DNA of 64,000 nt from Candidatus Thorarchaeota archaeon (GCA_018238205.1 JABCTV010000003.1:323-64322), one strand, 5' to 3'. Positions 53,950 through 62,758 are shown, numbered from the stretch's first letter. The notes: generated by a model not told the origin, from the sequence alone. Numbers and translations: made by a program.

Positions 53950-56448
53950 TTGCTGACATCAAGGAGACTGATCCTTTTGTCAAAACTAGAACCGAAAATT
54001 AAGTCTAAACGCTGGAAACCTCATGCAGAGGCTGAATTACTTGAAATTTGGCAGAATGAGGATACGTACAAGTTCAATATGGATTCAGGAAAGGAGATCT
54101 ATACTGTAGATACACCACCTCCTTACATGTCTGGACCTATGCATGTAGGTCAGGTAACTCATTACACCCAAATCGATACCATTGCTCGTTACAAACGAAT
54201 GCGTGGTTTTGAGGTTAATTTTCCTCTGGGAATAGACCGTAATGGTCTGCCGGTGGAAGTAAGAGTAGAGAAAGATCTCAAAATCAGTATGCACGAAACT
54301 CCACGAGCAGAGTTTCTTGAATTGTGCAAAAACCGTCTGGATGAAGATGAAAAAGTTGTAATTGAAGCTTTCAAGAGACTTGGAATTGCTTTCAATACCT
54401 ATGAAAATGAGGGAAGTTATCGTACTGATAGCCCCAAATTCCGTGCAGTGACGCAGGCTACTTTCATTGAAATCTGGAATAAAGGATTGGTATATCCTGA
54501 TGCACGACCCAATAATTGGTGCTTTGACTGCGGTACAACTATAGCTGATGCAGAGGTCGAGTACTCGGAGCGTCCCACAACTCTGAACTACGTTCACTTT
54601 GAAGTAGAAGGTCTTGATCCTATAGAGATCGCAACCACACGACCTGAGCTCCTTTGCGCTTGTGGTGCAGTATTCGTTCATCCTAAAGACGAACGCTATA
54701 CCGCCTACCATGAAAAGATTGCTAAGGTTCCATTATTTGATTTGGAAGTAACAATAACAGCAAGCCCAACGGCTCAGATGGAATTTGGTACTGGTGCCCT
54801 CATGATCTGCAGTTATGGTGACCAAGGTGATGTGGTGGCATTCAGGGACTATGCATTGAAGCCAATCGTTGCAGTATCACCTGATGGTACCATGACAGAA
54901 GCAGCAGGCGAATATGCTGGTATGAAAATTGCTGATGCTCGTAAAGCAGTCCTTGCAGAATTAAAGAAGCGAGATTTACTCCTCAAACAGGAACAATCCA
55001 TGCAGAGAGTGCCCCTATGCTGGCGTAGTGGAACTCCGATAGAGTTCATTGCAATGGATGAATATTATGTGAAACAAGTGAAATTCATTGATGAACTTCT
55101 CAAAATTGCAAAGGAAACTACATTCTACCCAGCATTTCATAGACAAATCCTCATTGATTGGCTCAATAGGGTGTCTATGGACTGGCCTGTAAGTAGACGC
55201 AGATATTATGGAACAGAGCTTCCAATCTGGTATTGCAATTCATGCGAAGAACCTGTAGTTCCAGAATTAGATGGAGAACCAAAATATTACCAGCCGTGGA
55301 GAGAGGACCCACCATTTACAAAGTGTCCCAAGTGTGGAGCAGAAGAGGGATTCAAGGGTGAAGAACGAACATTTGACACTTGGATGGACTCATCAACTAG
55401 TGGTCTACAAGCAGTAGGCTACATGCGTAATGACAAACTGTTCAAGAAAGCATTTGGTAACATTTTACGTCCTCAAGGAAAGGATATCGTACGAACGTGG
55501 CTCTACTATTCTCTTCTAAGAACACTACAGTTGACAGGTAAGCCTGCTTTCAAGGAAGTATGGGTATCAGGACATGTAGTAGATGAGAACGGAGCAGCAA
55601 TGAGTAAATCGAAAGGTAACTCACCTCCTCCTATGCCCTTTGTAGAGAAATATGGTGCTGATGCTATGCGTATGTTTGGAGCACTTGAGGCTGGACTTGG
55701 AAGTGATGTTCGCTTTTCTGAGGATCGCCTAGCTGGCGTGTCAAAGTTCACAACAAAGCTCTGGAATATTGCACGATTCATCTCAATGTTTCCAATTCCG
55801 AAAGAAATTGCATTCAATAAACTACTACCTGTAGATCAATGGATTCTTGCAGAAGCAAACAAAATGATAGAGCGAATCATTCCAGAGTGTGATGTTCTTG
55901 ATTTCCATAAACCCGCAATGGAAATTCGTGGATTTACTTGGAACTTGTTTGCAGACCACATATTAGAGATGATCAAAGGCAGAGCTTTCAATACTGAAAG
56001 TAAGTTCTCAAAGGATGAACAAGAATCAGCTTGGTTCACTCTGCATGAAGTACTGAAGATCATAACTCGTGCCTTAGCTCCAATAACTCCTTACATAACT
56101 GATAGGATTTATCGAGACCTATACGATGAGAAAGGTATTCATCATCAAGACTATCCGGCAGCTAAGAAAGAGTGGAACTCTATACTCACAGAGCATACTG
56201 AACTCTTGAGTCAGACCAACTCAGCTTTCTGGAAATTCAAACGCGAAGCTGGTATTTCATTGAGACAGGGTCTTCCTGCAGCATATATCTCAAAAGACTT
56301 GAAAGCATGGCTGAAAGATTTGCAAGCTATGCATGGTGTTGAGAAGATCAGCTTTGGCAAACCAAAGGATGATAAATTCGTGGAAGTAAATCTACCAGAA
56401 TATGATGGTGTGATTTACGTACTTCCACCAGTAGAAGAGAAGGAATGA
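53950..56448 (+). CDS. valS: class Ia aminoacyl-tRNA synthetase, most likely valyl-tRNA synthetase
   Basis: DTPPPYMSGPMHVGQ (HIGH region), IARYKRMRGFEVNFPLGIDRNGLPVE, the CP1 segment GTGALMICSYGDQGDV, DTWMDSS, and AMSKSKGN (KMSKS region). TTG start; an alternative TTG lies ~24 nt downstream. The ValRS versus IleRS choice rests on size (832 aa) and on CP1 motifs recalled from memory. Confidence 0.7.
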   Translation: MLTSRRLILLSKLEPKIKSKRWKPHAEAELLEIWQNEDTYKFNMDSGKEIYTVDTPPPYMSGPMHVGQVTHYTQIDTIARYKRMRGFEVNFPLGIDRNGLPVEVRVEKDLKISMHETPRAEFLELCKNRLDEDEKVVIEAFKRLGIAFNTYENEGSYRTDSPKFRAVTQATFIEIWNKGLVYPDARPNNWCFDCGTTIADAEVEYSERPTTLNYVHFEVEGLDPIEIATTRPELLCACGAVFVHPKDERYTAYHEKIAKVPLFDLEVTITASPTAQMEFGTGALMICSYGDQGDVVAFRDYALKPIVAVSPDGTMTEAAGEYAGMKIADARKAVLAELKKRDLLLKQEQSMQRVPLCWRSGTPIEFIAMDEYYVKQVKFIDELLKIAKETTFYPAFHRQILIDWLNRVSMDWPVSRRRYYGTELPIWYCNSCEEPVVPELDGEPKYYQPWREDPPFTKCPKCGAEEGFKGEERTFDTWMDSSTSGLQAVGYMRNDKLFKKAFGNILRPQGKDIVRTWLYYSLLRTLQLTGKPAFKEVWVSGHVVDENGAAMSKSKGNSPPPMPFVEKYGADAMRMFGALEAGLGSDVRFSEDRLAGVSKFTTKLWNIARFISMFPIPKEIAFNKLLPVDQWILAEANKMIERIIPECDVLDFHKPAMEIRGFTWNLFADHILEMIKGRAFNTESKFSKDEQESAWFTLHEVLKIITRALAPITPYITDRIYRDLYDEKGIHHQDYPAAKKEWNSILTEHTELLSQTNSAFWKFKREAGISLRQGLPAAYISKDLKAWLKDLQAMHGVEKISFGKPKDDKFVEVNLPEYDGVIYVLPPVEEKE

Positions 56449-56450
56449 TT

Positions 56451-56470
56451 GGGCCGTAAGTATTCGGCCC
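56451..56470. terminator. 6-bp GC hairpin between convergent genes
   Basis: GGGCCG-TAAGTATT-CGGCCC lies in the 31-nt gap between valS (+) and 56480..56923 (-). Confidence 0.35.
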
Positions 56471-56479
56471 ACACTCATT

Positions 56480-56923
56480 TTATTCTACAATTACTTCGTT
56501 TTCGTGCTCAGTAGAACATTTCATACTGTTCGTTACAAGACAGTACTTTCCTGCTAGTTCTAACGCTCGTTCAGCTTTTGGTACTAACTCTGCTGACTCT
56601 ACAGTAACCTTCGCTTTTAGAAGCAATTTAGTGAACTGGAATCCTTTCTCTACTCTTTCTAGGGTTCCATGACCATCGCATGAGAATGACTTGAACTCAA
56701 TTCGCATTTTCTTCGTGAAAGTAACGAACGTTGTCATAAGACAGGTTGTTGCTGCAGCCACAAAGAGATCCTCTGGAGAGATTATTCCCTCTGGACCATC
56801 GAACTCCGGTGGTGTTGCTACCTGAATCTTGGGTTTTCCTTCAACATTGAGGTCTCCGACCTTACCATGTGTCCAATCCAATTTTACAAGATATTCATGT
56901 GAATCGTCACTCATCACTATCAC
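56480..56923 (-). CDS. OsmC/Ohr family protein
   Basis: PEDLFVAAATTCLMTTF and a distal CLVTNSMKC region (two conserved Cys), typical of the OsmC fold. Paralogous to the next gene. Confidence 0.75.
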   Translation of the reverse strand: MIVMSDDSHEYLVKLDWTHGKVGDLNVEGKPKIQVATPPEFDGPEGIISPEDLFVAAATTCLMTTFVTFTKKMRIEFKSFSCDGHGTLERVEKGFQFTKLLLKAKVTVESAELVPKAERALELAGKYCLVTNSMKCSTEHENEVIVE

Positions 56924-56964
56924 TAAATCCGGTTTGATATCATCTCTGGGAAAAGGGTTTGGGT

Positions 56965-57378
56965 CTACTCTACAATGACTTTTGCGTTATGTGTGATTGG
57001 GCACTTCATACTATTTCCAACAAAACAATATTTAGCTGCAAGATCTAATGCTCGATTAATCTTCTTGCGTAAGTCTTCCGACTCAACTACTACCTCGGCT
57101 TTCATCTCAATCTTTGTAATCTCAAAACTGCGACCAACCTTTTCCAAAACTCCCACTGAATCGCAATCAAATGATTTGAAGTCAATATGCATCTTTTCTG
57201 TAAAATTCACAAATCCATTCATGTAACATGTTATTGCCGAGGCTACAAAGAGATCTTCCGGTGAATGATAACTTGCTTCACCAGTTTTGATTACAGCTTT
57301 GCCTTCTACTGCAAGACTACCACTCTTTCCACCAGTCCAAACAAGATTAACGGGAAATAATCTAGACTCATCACTCAT
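56965..57378 (-). CDS. OsmC/Ohr family protein (tandem paralogue)
   Basis: PEDLFVASAITCYMNGF and CFVGNSMKC. Clear similarity to 56480..56923 along its whole length. Confidence 0.75.
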   Translation of the reverse strand: MSDESRLFPVNLVWTGGKSGSLAVEGKAVIKTGEASYHSPEDLFVASAITCYMNGFVNFTEKMHIDFKSFDCDSVGVLEKVGRSFEITKIEMKAEVVVESEDLRKKINRALDLAAKYCFVGNSMKCPITHNAKVIVE

Positions 57379-57433
57379 CCAATAAACACCTACTCAACAT
57401 CAATATTTAATCGAAAAAGCGTTTGGAAGTGGT

Positions 57434-58207
57434 CTATTTCTTCTCTGTCTTAAACACAGCAAAGAAGGGTATACGCCGCTCCCTGTCAAAGAATGGGTTG
57501 TCATCCAAAGGTCGAGGCTCCCTGAAATCTACAAGATTAAATCCAGTAGTAACAAGAGAATTCAGATAGGTAGCTAAGGTCCTATGGAAGAAGCTTATGG
57601 GTGCTGGGAACTTCTCCCCTTTTCTTGTTCTCCAATATCTCTCGAATTCTTCTTCATCAAAATAATTGTCTACTTTGAAGAACAATCCCTCTCTTCTATT
57701 CGTATCAGGGTCCTTTTCTCCCATTTCCCATGCACCAGGTCCATAGAAATTGAATGCTGGGTGTACAATCGAAAAAACAAGATGACCCCCCGTTTTTAGA
57801 ACACGATTGTATTCCTTGAGGGCAACAACAAGATCTGGTATATTCAATAACACAAGATTAGACAATACGATATCAAACGTTTCATTCGGAACGGATTCAA
57901 TATGACAGACATCACCAACTCTATAGTCTACTTCAAGACTTTCGCTGTCTGTTATCATCTTAGAAGTTTCAATCAAACTTGGAGAAAGATCAATTGCTGT
58001 TACATCTGCTCCTTTCTTAGTGTAATATCTAGCTAGGTATCCTTCACCACACCCAGCATCAAGCAGACTCTTTCCTTTGACATCTCCAAGTAGCTCTTCA
58101 ACACACGGATTGAGGATGCTCTCATGATGTGGAGTCCCTGTTCCTGCAATGAGATCCGCAAATGCTTCAGCATTGTCTTCCCATTGCTTCTGAATCCTGT
58201 CTACCAT
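57434..58207 (-). CDS. class I SAM-dependent methyltransferase
   Basis: Motif I LLDAGCGEGYLARY, followed by AIDLS and FDIVLSNLVL. Confidence 0.8.
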   Translation of the reverse strand: MVDRIQKQWEDNAEAFADLIAGTGTPHHESILNPCVEELLGDVKGKSLLDAGCGEGYLARYYTKKGADVTAIDLSPSLIETSKMITDSESLEVDYRVGDVCHIESVPNETFDIVLSNLVLLNIPDLVVALKEYNRVLKTGGHLVFSIVHPAFNFYGPGAWEMGEKDPDTNRREGLFFKVDNYFDEEEFERYWRTRKGEKFPAPISFFHRTLATYLNSLVTTGFNLVDFREPRPLDDNPFFDRERRIPFFAVFKTEKK

Positions 58208-58252
58208 GTTTTAGAGAAATGTATAGGGACTTCTGAATCTTTCGACTACATT

Positions 58253-58654
58253 CTAGATTTTATCCCATACTTTGCGAACTCGTTTTCCGGTTTCTTCAAT
58301 GACTGAGGCCATTGCATCCTCGGAAGCAAGCCCTAACTCAGAAGCTACTCTCATGATTGAAGTGTGAGATACCATGACTTTACCTTCATCTTCGTATACT
58401 ACAAAGCTACAAGGGAAGAGCGTTCCAACATCCTTTGAAGCATCTAATCCCATTTTTGCAAGTTCTGGTGCGCACGCAAGGACAGTCGTATATCGTGGAT
58501 AGTCAATTCCAAGTTTCTGTTTGAAGATATCTTCTATTCCCTTAGTAAGCAGGAGACCAAATCCTTCACTAGCAAGCGCTTCTTCAGCTCTCTTCACTGT
58601 TTCATCAAATGTATGGGATGATTCCTTACGTAAAACGTCGACCATGCTATACAA
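58253..58654 (-). CDS. DUF302-like protein
   Basis: 133 aa. The pattern FGLLLTKGIEDIFKQKLGIDYPRYTTVLACAP resembles DUF302. Confidence 0.55.
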   Translation of the reverse strand: MYSMVDVLRKESSHTFDETVKRAEEALASEGFGLLLTKGIEDIFKQKLGIDYPRYTTVLACAPELAKMGLDASKDVGTLFPCSFVVYEDEGKVMVSHTSIMRVASELGLASEDAMASVIEETGKRVRKVWDKI

Positions 58655-58746
58655 TATAATTCACTATTGTTAAATTACTTTCCATTAGACCTGAAATCTC
58701 AACCAATCAAAATATGAGGTAGTTAGAAATTAGAAGATTATGGTGG

Positions 58747-59937
58747 TTGGTAGTGACCCCTGAAGACTCAATCTCAACGGAAGATGAAATCGAGCGGAAT
58801 CCAGCACATGTTTTTGGAGCTGCGTCATTTCTTAATGATACCGGATCGGACATGATTGCACCCATCTGGCCGACCTTTCTTACTACTCAGCTTGGATTGA
58901 GTCCGGGTCAAGTACAGATGGTTGATGGATTAGCACTGATGATTGCCTCACTCTCTAAGCTAGGTGCAGGGTATGCTTCTGATAGAACGGGAAAGAGAAA
59001 GGCCTTCATTACATTAGGATATGCAATGTCATCTCTTGCGCGGATTGGATTTGTTCTAGCAACCTTAGGATACCAGTTCTTTCAGATAGTGCTCTGGAAA
59101 TCTATGGACCGATTAGGTAAGATACGTGGACCACCCCGTGATGCTATTGTTGCAGGTCATTCAACTGAGAAGAACCGGGGACGTGCATTTGGTGTACTGA
59201 GAGCACTCGATACAGCAGGTGCAGTTCTTGGAACGATAATCACATTCCTACTTTTCCAATACATTGGATATAATGGAATTATCCTGTTAGCGGTCATACC
59301 AAGCCTTGGTTCAGTAATCATAGTTTCCGTTTTTATCAAAGAAAAGCGTGGAAAAGATATTTTCAAGGGCGTCAATTTTCGAGGTCTTGATAATAATCTG
59401 AAAGTGTTTCTGGCGGCCTCTGTATTATTGTCACTTGCTACATTCAGCTATTCACTATTGATCCTCTTTTCCGCAGATTATGGATATTCAGTCCCGCAGC
59501 AGACGCTTCTCTATCTCTTGTTTACAGTTGTGTATGCAGTGACCGCTTACCCCTTTGGAAGACTATCTGATAGAGTGGGTAGAAAACCAATTTTGGTCAC
59601 AGCTTTTCTTTTTCTTATATTGACCTCACTTTGGGCTTACTTCTTTGTCTTTGATATGTTTACAATTATTCCTCTCTTCATCTTCTTTGGATTGATGAAT
59701 GGAGCATTAGATCCAGTTCAGACCAGCTTTGTGTCTGATTTGGTAGAAGAAGAGCGGCGGGCAAGTATCATTGGAGCTTTTCAGATGGCGGTTGGGATCT
59801 CTGCATTTCCAGCTGGAATTATTATAGGTTATCTATGGGACTCAATCAATCCCCTTGCAGCATTTCAATATTCGATTGTTCTCACATTCTTTGCATTGGT
59901 ACTTCTACTACTAATAAGAACAAAACGCATAGAATGA
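58747..59937 (+). CDS. MFS transporter
   Basis: 12 TM helices. MFS loop motifs GYASDRTGKRK and GRLSDRVGRKP. Its last ~63 nt are duplicated at 61618-61683. Confidence 0.75.
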   Translation: MVVTPEDSISTEDEIERNPAHVFGAASFLNDTGSDMIAPIWPTFLTTQLGLSPGQVQMVDGLALMIASLSKLGAGYASDRTGKRKAFITLGYAMSSLARIGFVLATLGYQFFQIVLWKSMDRLGKIRGPPRDAIVAGHSTEKNRGRAFGVLRALDTAGAVLGTIITFLLFQYIGYNGIILLAVIPSLGSVIIVSVFIKEKRGKDIFKGVNFRGLDNNLKVFLAASVLLSLATFSYSLLILFSADYGYSVPQQTLLYLLFTVVYAVTAYPFGRLSDRVGRKPILVTAFLFLILTSLWAYFFVFDMFTIIPLFIFFGLMNGALDPVQTSFVSDLVEEERRASIIGAFQMAVGISAFPAGIIIGYLWDSINPLAAFQYSIVLTFFALVLLLLIRTKRIE

Positions 59938-59994
59938 AAATGGTGGACCGGGGGGGATTTGAACCCCCGACCTTCTGATTGCGAACCAGACAAT
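59875..59994. repeat. 120-nt direct repeat, copy A (MFS gene 3' end plus the 3' 54 nt of tRNA-Ala)
   Basis: Aligned by eye to 61618..61737. The tRNA-derived 54 nt are identical. The other 66 nt differ at 6 positions. Confidence 0.9.
59941..59994 (-). pseudogene. truncated tRNA-Ala(CGC) copy (positions 23-76 only)
   Basis: Identical to the 3' 54 nt of the intact gene at 61684..61760. Beyond 59994 the sequence diverges (TTCTTTGC versus CTACCGGG), so the 5' acceptor and D arm are missing. Confidence 0.85.
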
Positions 59995-60048
59995 TTCTTT
60001 GCTTTTGATATAGGATAAATATAGTCCATCAATGATCTAGTGGATGGC

Positions 60049-60741
60049 CTAATCAAATGGTGTTGCACTTAGCTGGACAGCATATGGATAGACAAGTTTT
60101 GCACGAGCTATTACAGATTCTTTCTTTTTCGGCACTTCTGCATGATTATTGACACGGAAACAGGGAATAGCACTCTTCATACGCCATCGGCCACGAAGTT
60201 CCCACCCATTGATATCCTCTTCAATCATCATCCGGTATGGTTTTAGATCAATCCACACTTTCTCTGTCGGATCAGTGAACAACTCAAGGTCTTCAATAAG
60301 CAATCCATAGTAGGAAGTTGAGGGAGAAAGACCGCTGCCCGTTGGATATCTTTCTGGAAATAGTTCCAGCCCTCGTACATGCGGTTTCAAATATCGCCAA
60401 GCGCCTTTCTTAGGACCTAGGTCAAACTTCTGACGTAGAGTTTTGTTTTTGCATCCTTCACACCATGCATCATATGCCTTGCTGATTGGAGAAAACAAAA
60501 CATCAATACTAGATGGTTTTTCAGACATACTAGAAATATGGCGCTCAAGTAACATACGTACTGAATCAGGTGTGTAAGCACGTTCATAACCAAAGGGATA
60601 GAAAGCGTCGGGATTATCTACCTTTTCTGCTTCATATTGCGCCTTTATCCTTGGTAGAATGCTTGTTATTTTTTCACCATAGTATCCAACTTTCATTACA
60701 ATGATTATATCAGAAAATGATTCCATTATTATCACTCCCAT
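60049..60741 (-). CDS. hypothetical protein (islet cargo B)
   Basis: 230-aa ORF, 62 nt downstream of cargo A on the same strand. No motif recognised. The start is possibly MESFSD. Confidence 0.5.
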   Translation of the reverse strand: MGVIIMESFSDIIIVMKVGYYGEKITSILPRIKAQYEAEKVDNPDAFYPFGYERAYTPDSVRMLLERHISSMSEKPSSIDVLFSPISKAYDAWCEGCKNKTLRQKFDLGPKKGAWRYLKPHVRGLELFPERYPTGSGLSPSTSYYGLLIEDLELFTDPTEKVWIDLKPYRMMIEEDINGWELRGRWRMKSAIPCFRVNNHAEVPKKKESVIARAKLVYPYAVQLSATPFD

Positions 60742-60803
60742 CCATTAGTTGAAAGGACAACGCGATAGAAAAGTATTTGGCATAACTTTATTTATATCGT
60801 GAG

Positions 60804-61346
60804 TCAATCAGCACAATCGTTGAATAGAGATAGCATTTTACGTTGGTTCAGTGAAAGTATGGTTCGATGGTTTCGCTTCTCCGGATAAATTTCTGCTTGA
60901 GTCCAAAGCTCTTTTCGTAGACTCATTTCTCGTTTTATCTTACGGTCATTTACAGTGAAGTCTTTCTTGAGCTCTTTATAATCAAACAAGTATACATTGT
61001 GGATACACCAAGGAAGTAATTTTCCAGACTGATCTCTTGATCCTGCAAGTACGAGATAGATATCAGCTGGTGCATCATGGTTTATATCAAGCACTTTGGG
61101 AATTGTATACATTTTGACATTGACAGTCAATCCCCCTAAGGCACCCCACTTGAACTTGCCATCTATACCCGTATTGGTCCTTGACGTTTCCAACGTAATC
61201 CCGAATACTCTCGCTGCAATATACTCACCAACATTCCCAATCAAAGCAGGTGTGTCTATCTTCTTTGATATTTTTCTTGCAACATCGTTTCGCATCTTGA
61301 CAAGTTTGGCAAGACTACGTAACTCTTTCATTGAGTCACTGCTCAT
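60804..61346 (-). CDS. hypothetical protein with PD-(D/E)xK nuclease-like motif layout (islet cargo A)
   Basis: The segments GEYIAARVFGITLE, TGIDGKF, LTVNVKMY and DIYLVLAG occur in the order expected of a restriction-endonuclease-like core. The call is tentative. Confidence 0.45.
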   Translation of the reverse strand: MSSDSMKELRSLAKLVKMRNDVARKISKKIDTPALIGNVGEYIAARVFGITLETSRTNTGIDGKFKWGALGGLTVNVKMYTIPKVLDINHDAPADIYLVLAGSRDQSGKLLPWCIHNVYLFDYKELKKDFTVNDRKIKREMSLRKELWTQAEIYPEKRNHRTILSLNQRKMLSLFNDCAD

Positions 61347-61617
61347 TAGATTGATCTCATTATAGTCAATGTACTTGTTGTAATAAATTAACCCCAGCTT
61401 GAACCCAAGGAATTTTACTGTGTATTATACCTAGGGTGAATGGAAAAGTAGATTCGTGGCTTAGTTTGTAAAATACCCTCAATACACAAAACTTTCAATC
61501 GTTCTCCTTTGACAAGAGTCTATTGCATTATAAGGGGAGAGAAATTTTCGGCCCCGAGTATCTTCTGTAAAGAAAAACAGATTTAATATTGTATTTTCAA
61601 GGAAGCCCTGTACTCCC

Positions 61618-61737
61618 ATTGTTCTCACATTCTTTGTATTGATACTTCTACTACAAATAAGAACAAAAAGCACAGAATGAAGATGGTGGACCGGGGGGGA
61701 TTTGAACCCCCGACCTTCTGATTGCGAACCAGACAAT
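61618..61737. repeat. 120-nt direct repeat, copy B
   Basis: See copy A. This copy is contiguous with the 5' 23 nt of tRNA-Ala. Confidence 0.9.
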
Positions 61738-61760
61738 CTACCGGGCTAATCTACCGGCCC
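61684..61760 (-). tRNA. tRNA-Ala(CGC), intron-less, CCA encoded
   Basis: Hand-folded. Acceptor GGGCCGG/CCGGTCC with the G3-U70 identity pair. Anticodon arm TCTGG-TTCGCAA-TCAGA, giving anticodon CGC. T arm GGGGG-TTCAAAT-CCCCC. Discriminator A followed by CCA. Confidence 0.9.
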
Positions 61761-61814
61761 AATCTAGAAAGACGTGCCCGTTAGATTTCTTAAAACCTTG
61801 CCTGATTGGTTATT

Positions 61815-62108
61815 TTAGATATCAATTCCAAAGGCTTCAGAGAATCTCTCTATTCTAATAAACTCCCGTAGAAATTCTCGACCCTTCTCCGTGAGATAGT
61901 ATGTTCGGTTGTTACTGTTAGGGTCTTCTTCTAAAATGAGTTCTTTGTTCACAAGCTCGTCAATATACTGTTTCAATCTATCGTGGGATAAATTAGCGGC
62001 ATAGAGTATTTTTGTTGGTCCCGCACCTTCTTCTCCTTCACTCTGAATGGCACGCATCATATCAGCTAAGATGCGCATCTTTGAGCGATAGGCGCGTTTT
62101 CTACTCAT
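61815..62108 (-). CDS. small winged-helix DNA-binding protein
   Basis: 97 aa. The segment PTKILYAANLSHDRLKQYIDELVNKELILEE...YYLTEKGREFL is a wHTH pattern. It overlaps the upstream membrane-protein gene by 1 nt. Confidence 0.55.
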   Translation of the reverse strand: MSRKRAYRSKMRILADMMRAIQSEGEEGAGPTKILYAANLSHDRLKQYIDELVNKELILEEDPNSNNRTYYLTEKGREFLREFIRIERFSEAFGIDI

Positions 62109-62758
62109 TAGTCTCGTCCAGCCTTGATTAGCATGACTAAAAGTGACAAGAAACCCAATAGTTGAGCACCTTGACTCATTAGATAGAGTCCAGGAGCTGC
62201 AGCTACGGGAGCCGTAGCTACTTGAGCCATCCAGATATGACTCAATAGGAGTAAAATGAACCCAACCAAGACATAGCGGGCAAATTTACTCCCTGTCGAC
62301 AGGTAGTTCAATATTGATTGAAGAACTACTACAATAAGTACCATTATTGCGATGATTTCGAGAGAAGGATCAACAAGGAACGTTGCCATTAATAGCAAAC
62401 TTATTCCTGACCCATTCGACCTATTCTGATTTTCTTGATTATCTAATGTGTGCGAAGGTCTTATTGATATGAAAAAGAGAATGTATGCCAATATTCTGGA
62501 TACACCATAGGCAATCGTGACTATTGATATAATCAGATGACTGCCTTCGCCACCAAACTGGATGAAGAAATACCACGTACCAATTACTCTTCCAAACATA
62601 CCAGCTGAAAGCACGAGAAATCCCGTTGAGAGATCTGACAGTTTCTTTTGACCGGTAAGACGGTACGCCTTTGTTGCATAGTATGTTACAATCAAAGCGA
62701 TTATTCCACTAATCGTTTCGAAGAGTAAGTCCAATCTGATTAAACCTATTACTTGCAT
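62108..62758 (-). CDS. hypothetical polytopic membrane protein
   Basis: 216 aa with ~7 hydrophobic helices. Co-transcribed with the wHTH gene. Confidence 0.5.
   Translation of the reverse strand: MQVIGLIRLDLLFETISGIIALIVTYYATKAYRLTGQKKLSDLSTGFLVLSAGMFGRVIGTWYFFIQFGGEGSHLIISIVTIAYGVSRILAYILFFISIRPSHTLDNQENQNRSNGSGISLLLMATFLVDPSLEIIAIMVLIVVVLQSILNYLSTGSKFARYVLVGFILLLLSHIWMAQVATAPVAAAPGLYLMSQGAQLLGFLSLLVMLIKAGRD

Larger units (their letters stand above)
59995..61737. mobile_element. putative integrated element remnant / genomic islet inserted in tRNA-Ala (no integrase)
   Basis: Bounded by the 120-nt direct repeats. One end has an intact tRNA and the other a truncated copy. The cargo is two minus-strand ORFs plus a 270-nt non-coding stretch. 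Confidence 0.5.

Noticed and set aside
59865-60068. 67-aa minus-strand ORF, together with the similar 85-aa ORF at 61479..61736. Both contain SGSQSEGRGFKSPPVHH.
   Set aside because: Both read straight through the tRNA-Ala sequence and its repeat. The shared peptide is simply a translation of the duplicated tRNA DNA, so I treat them as spurious ORFs.
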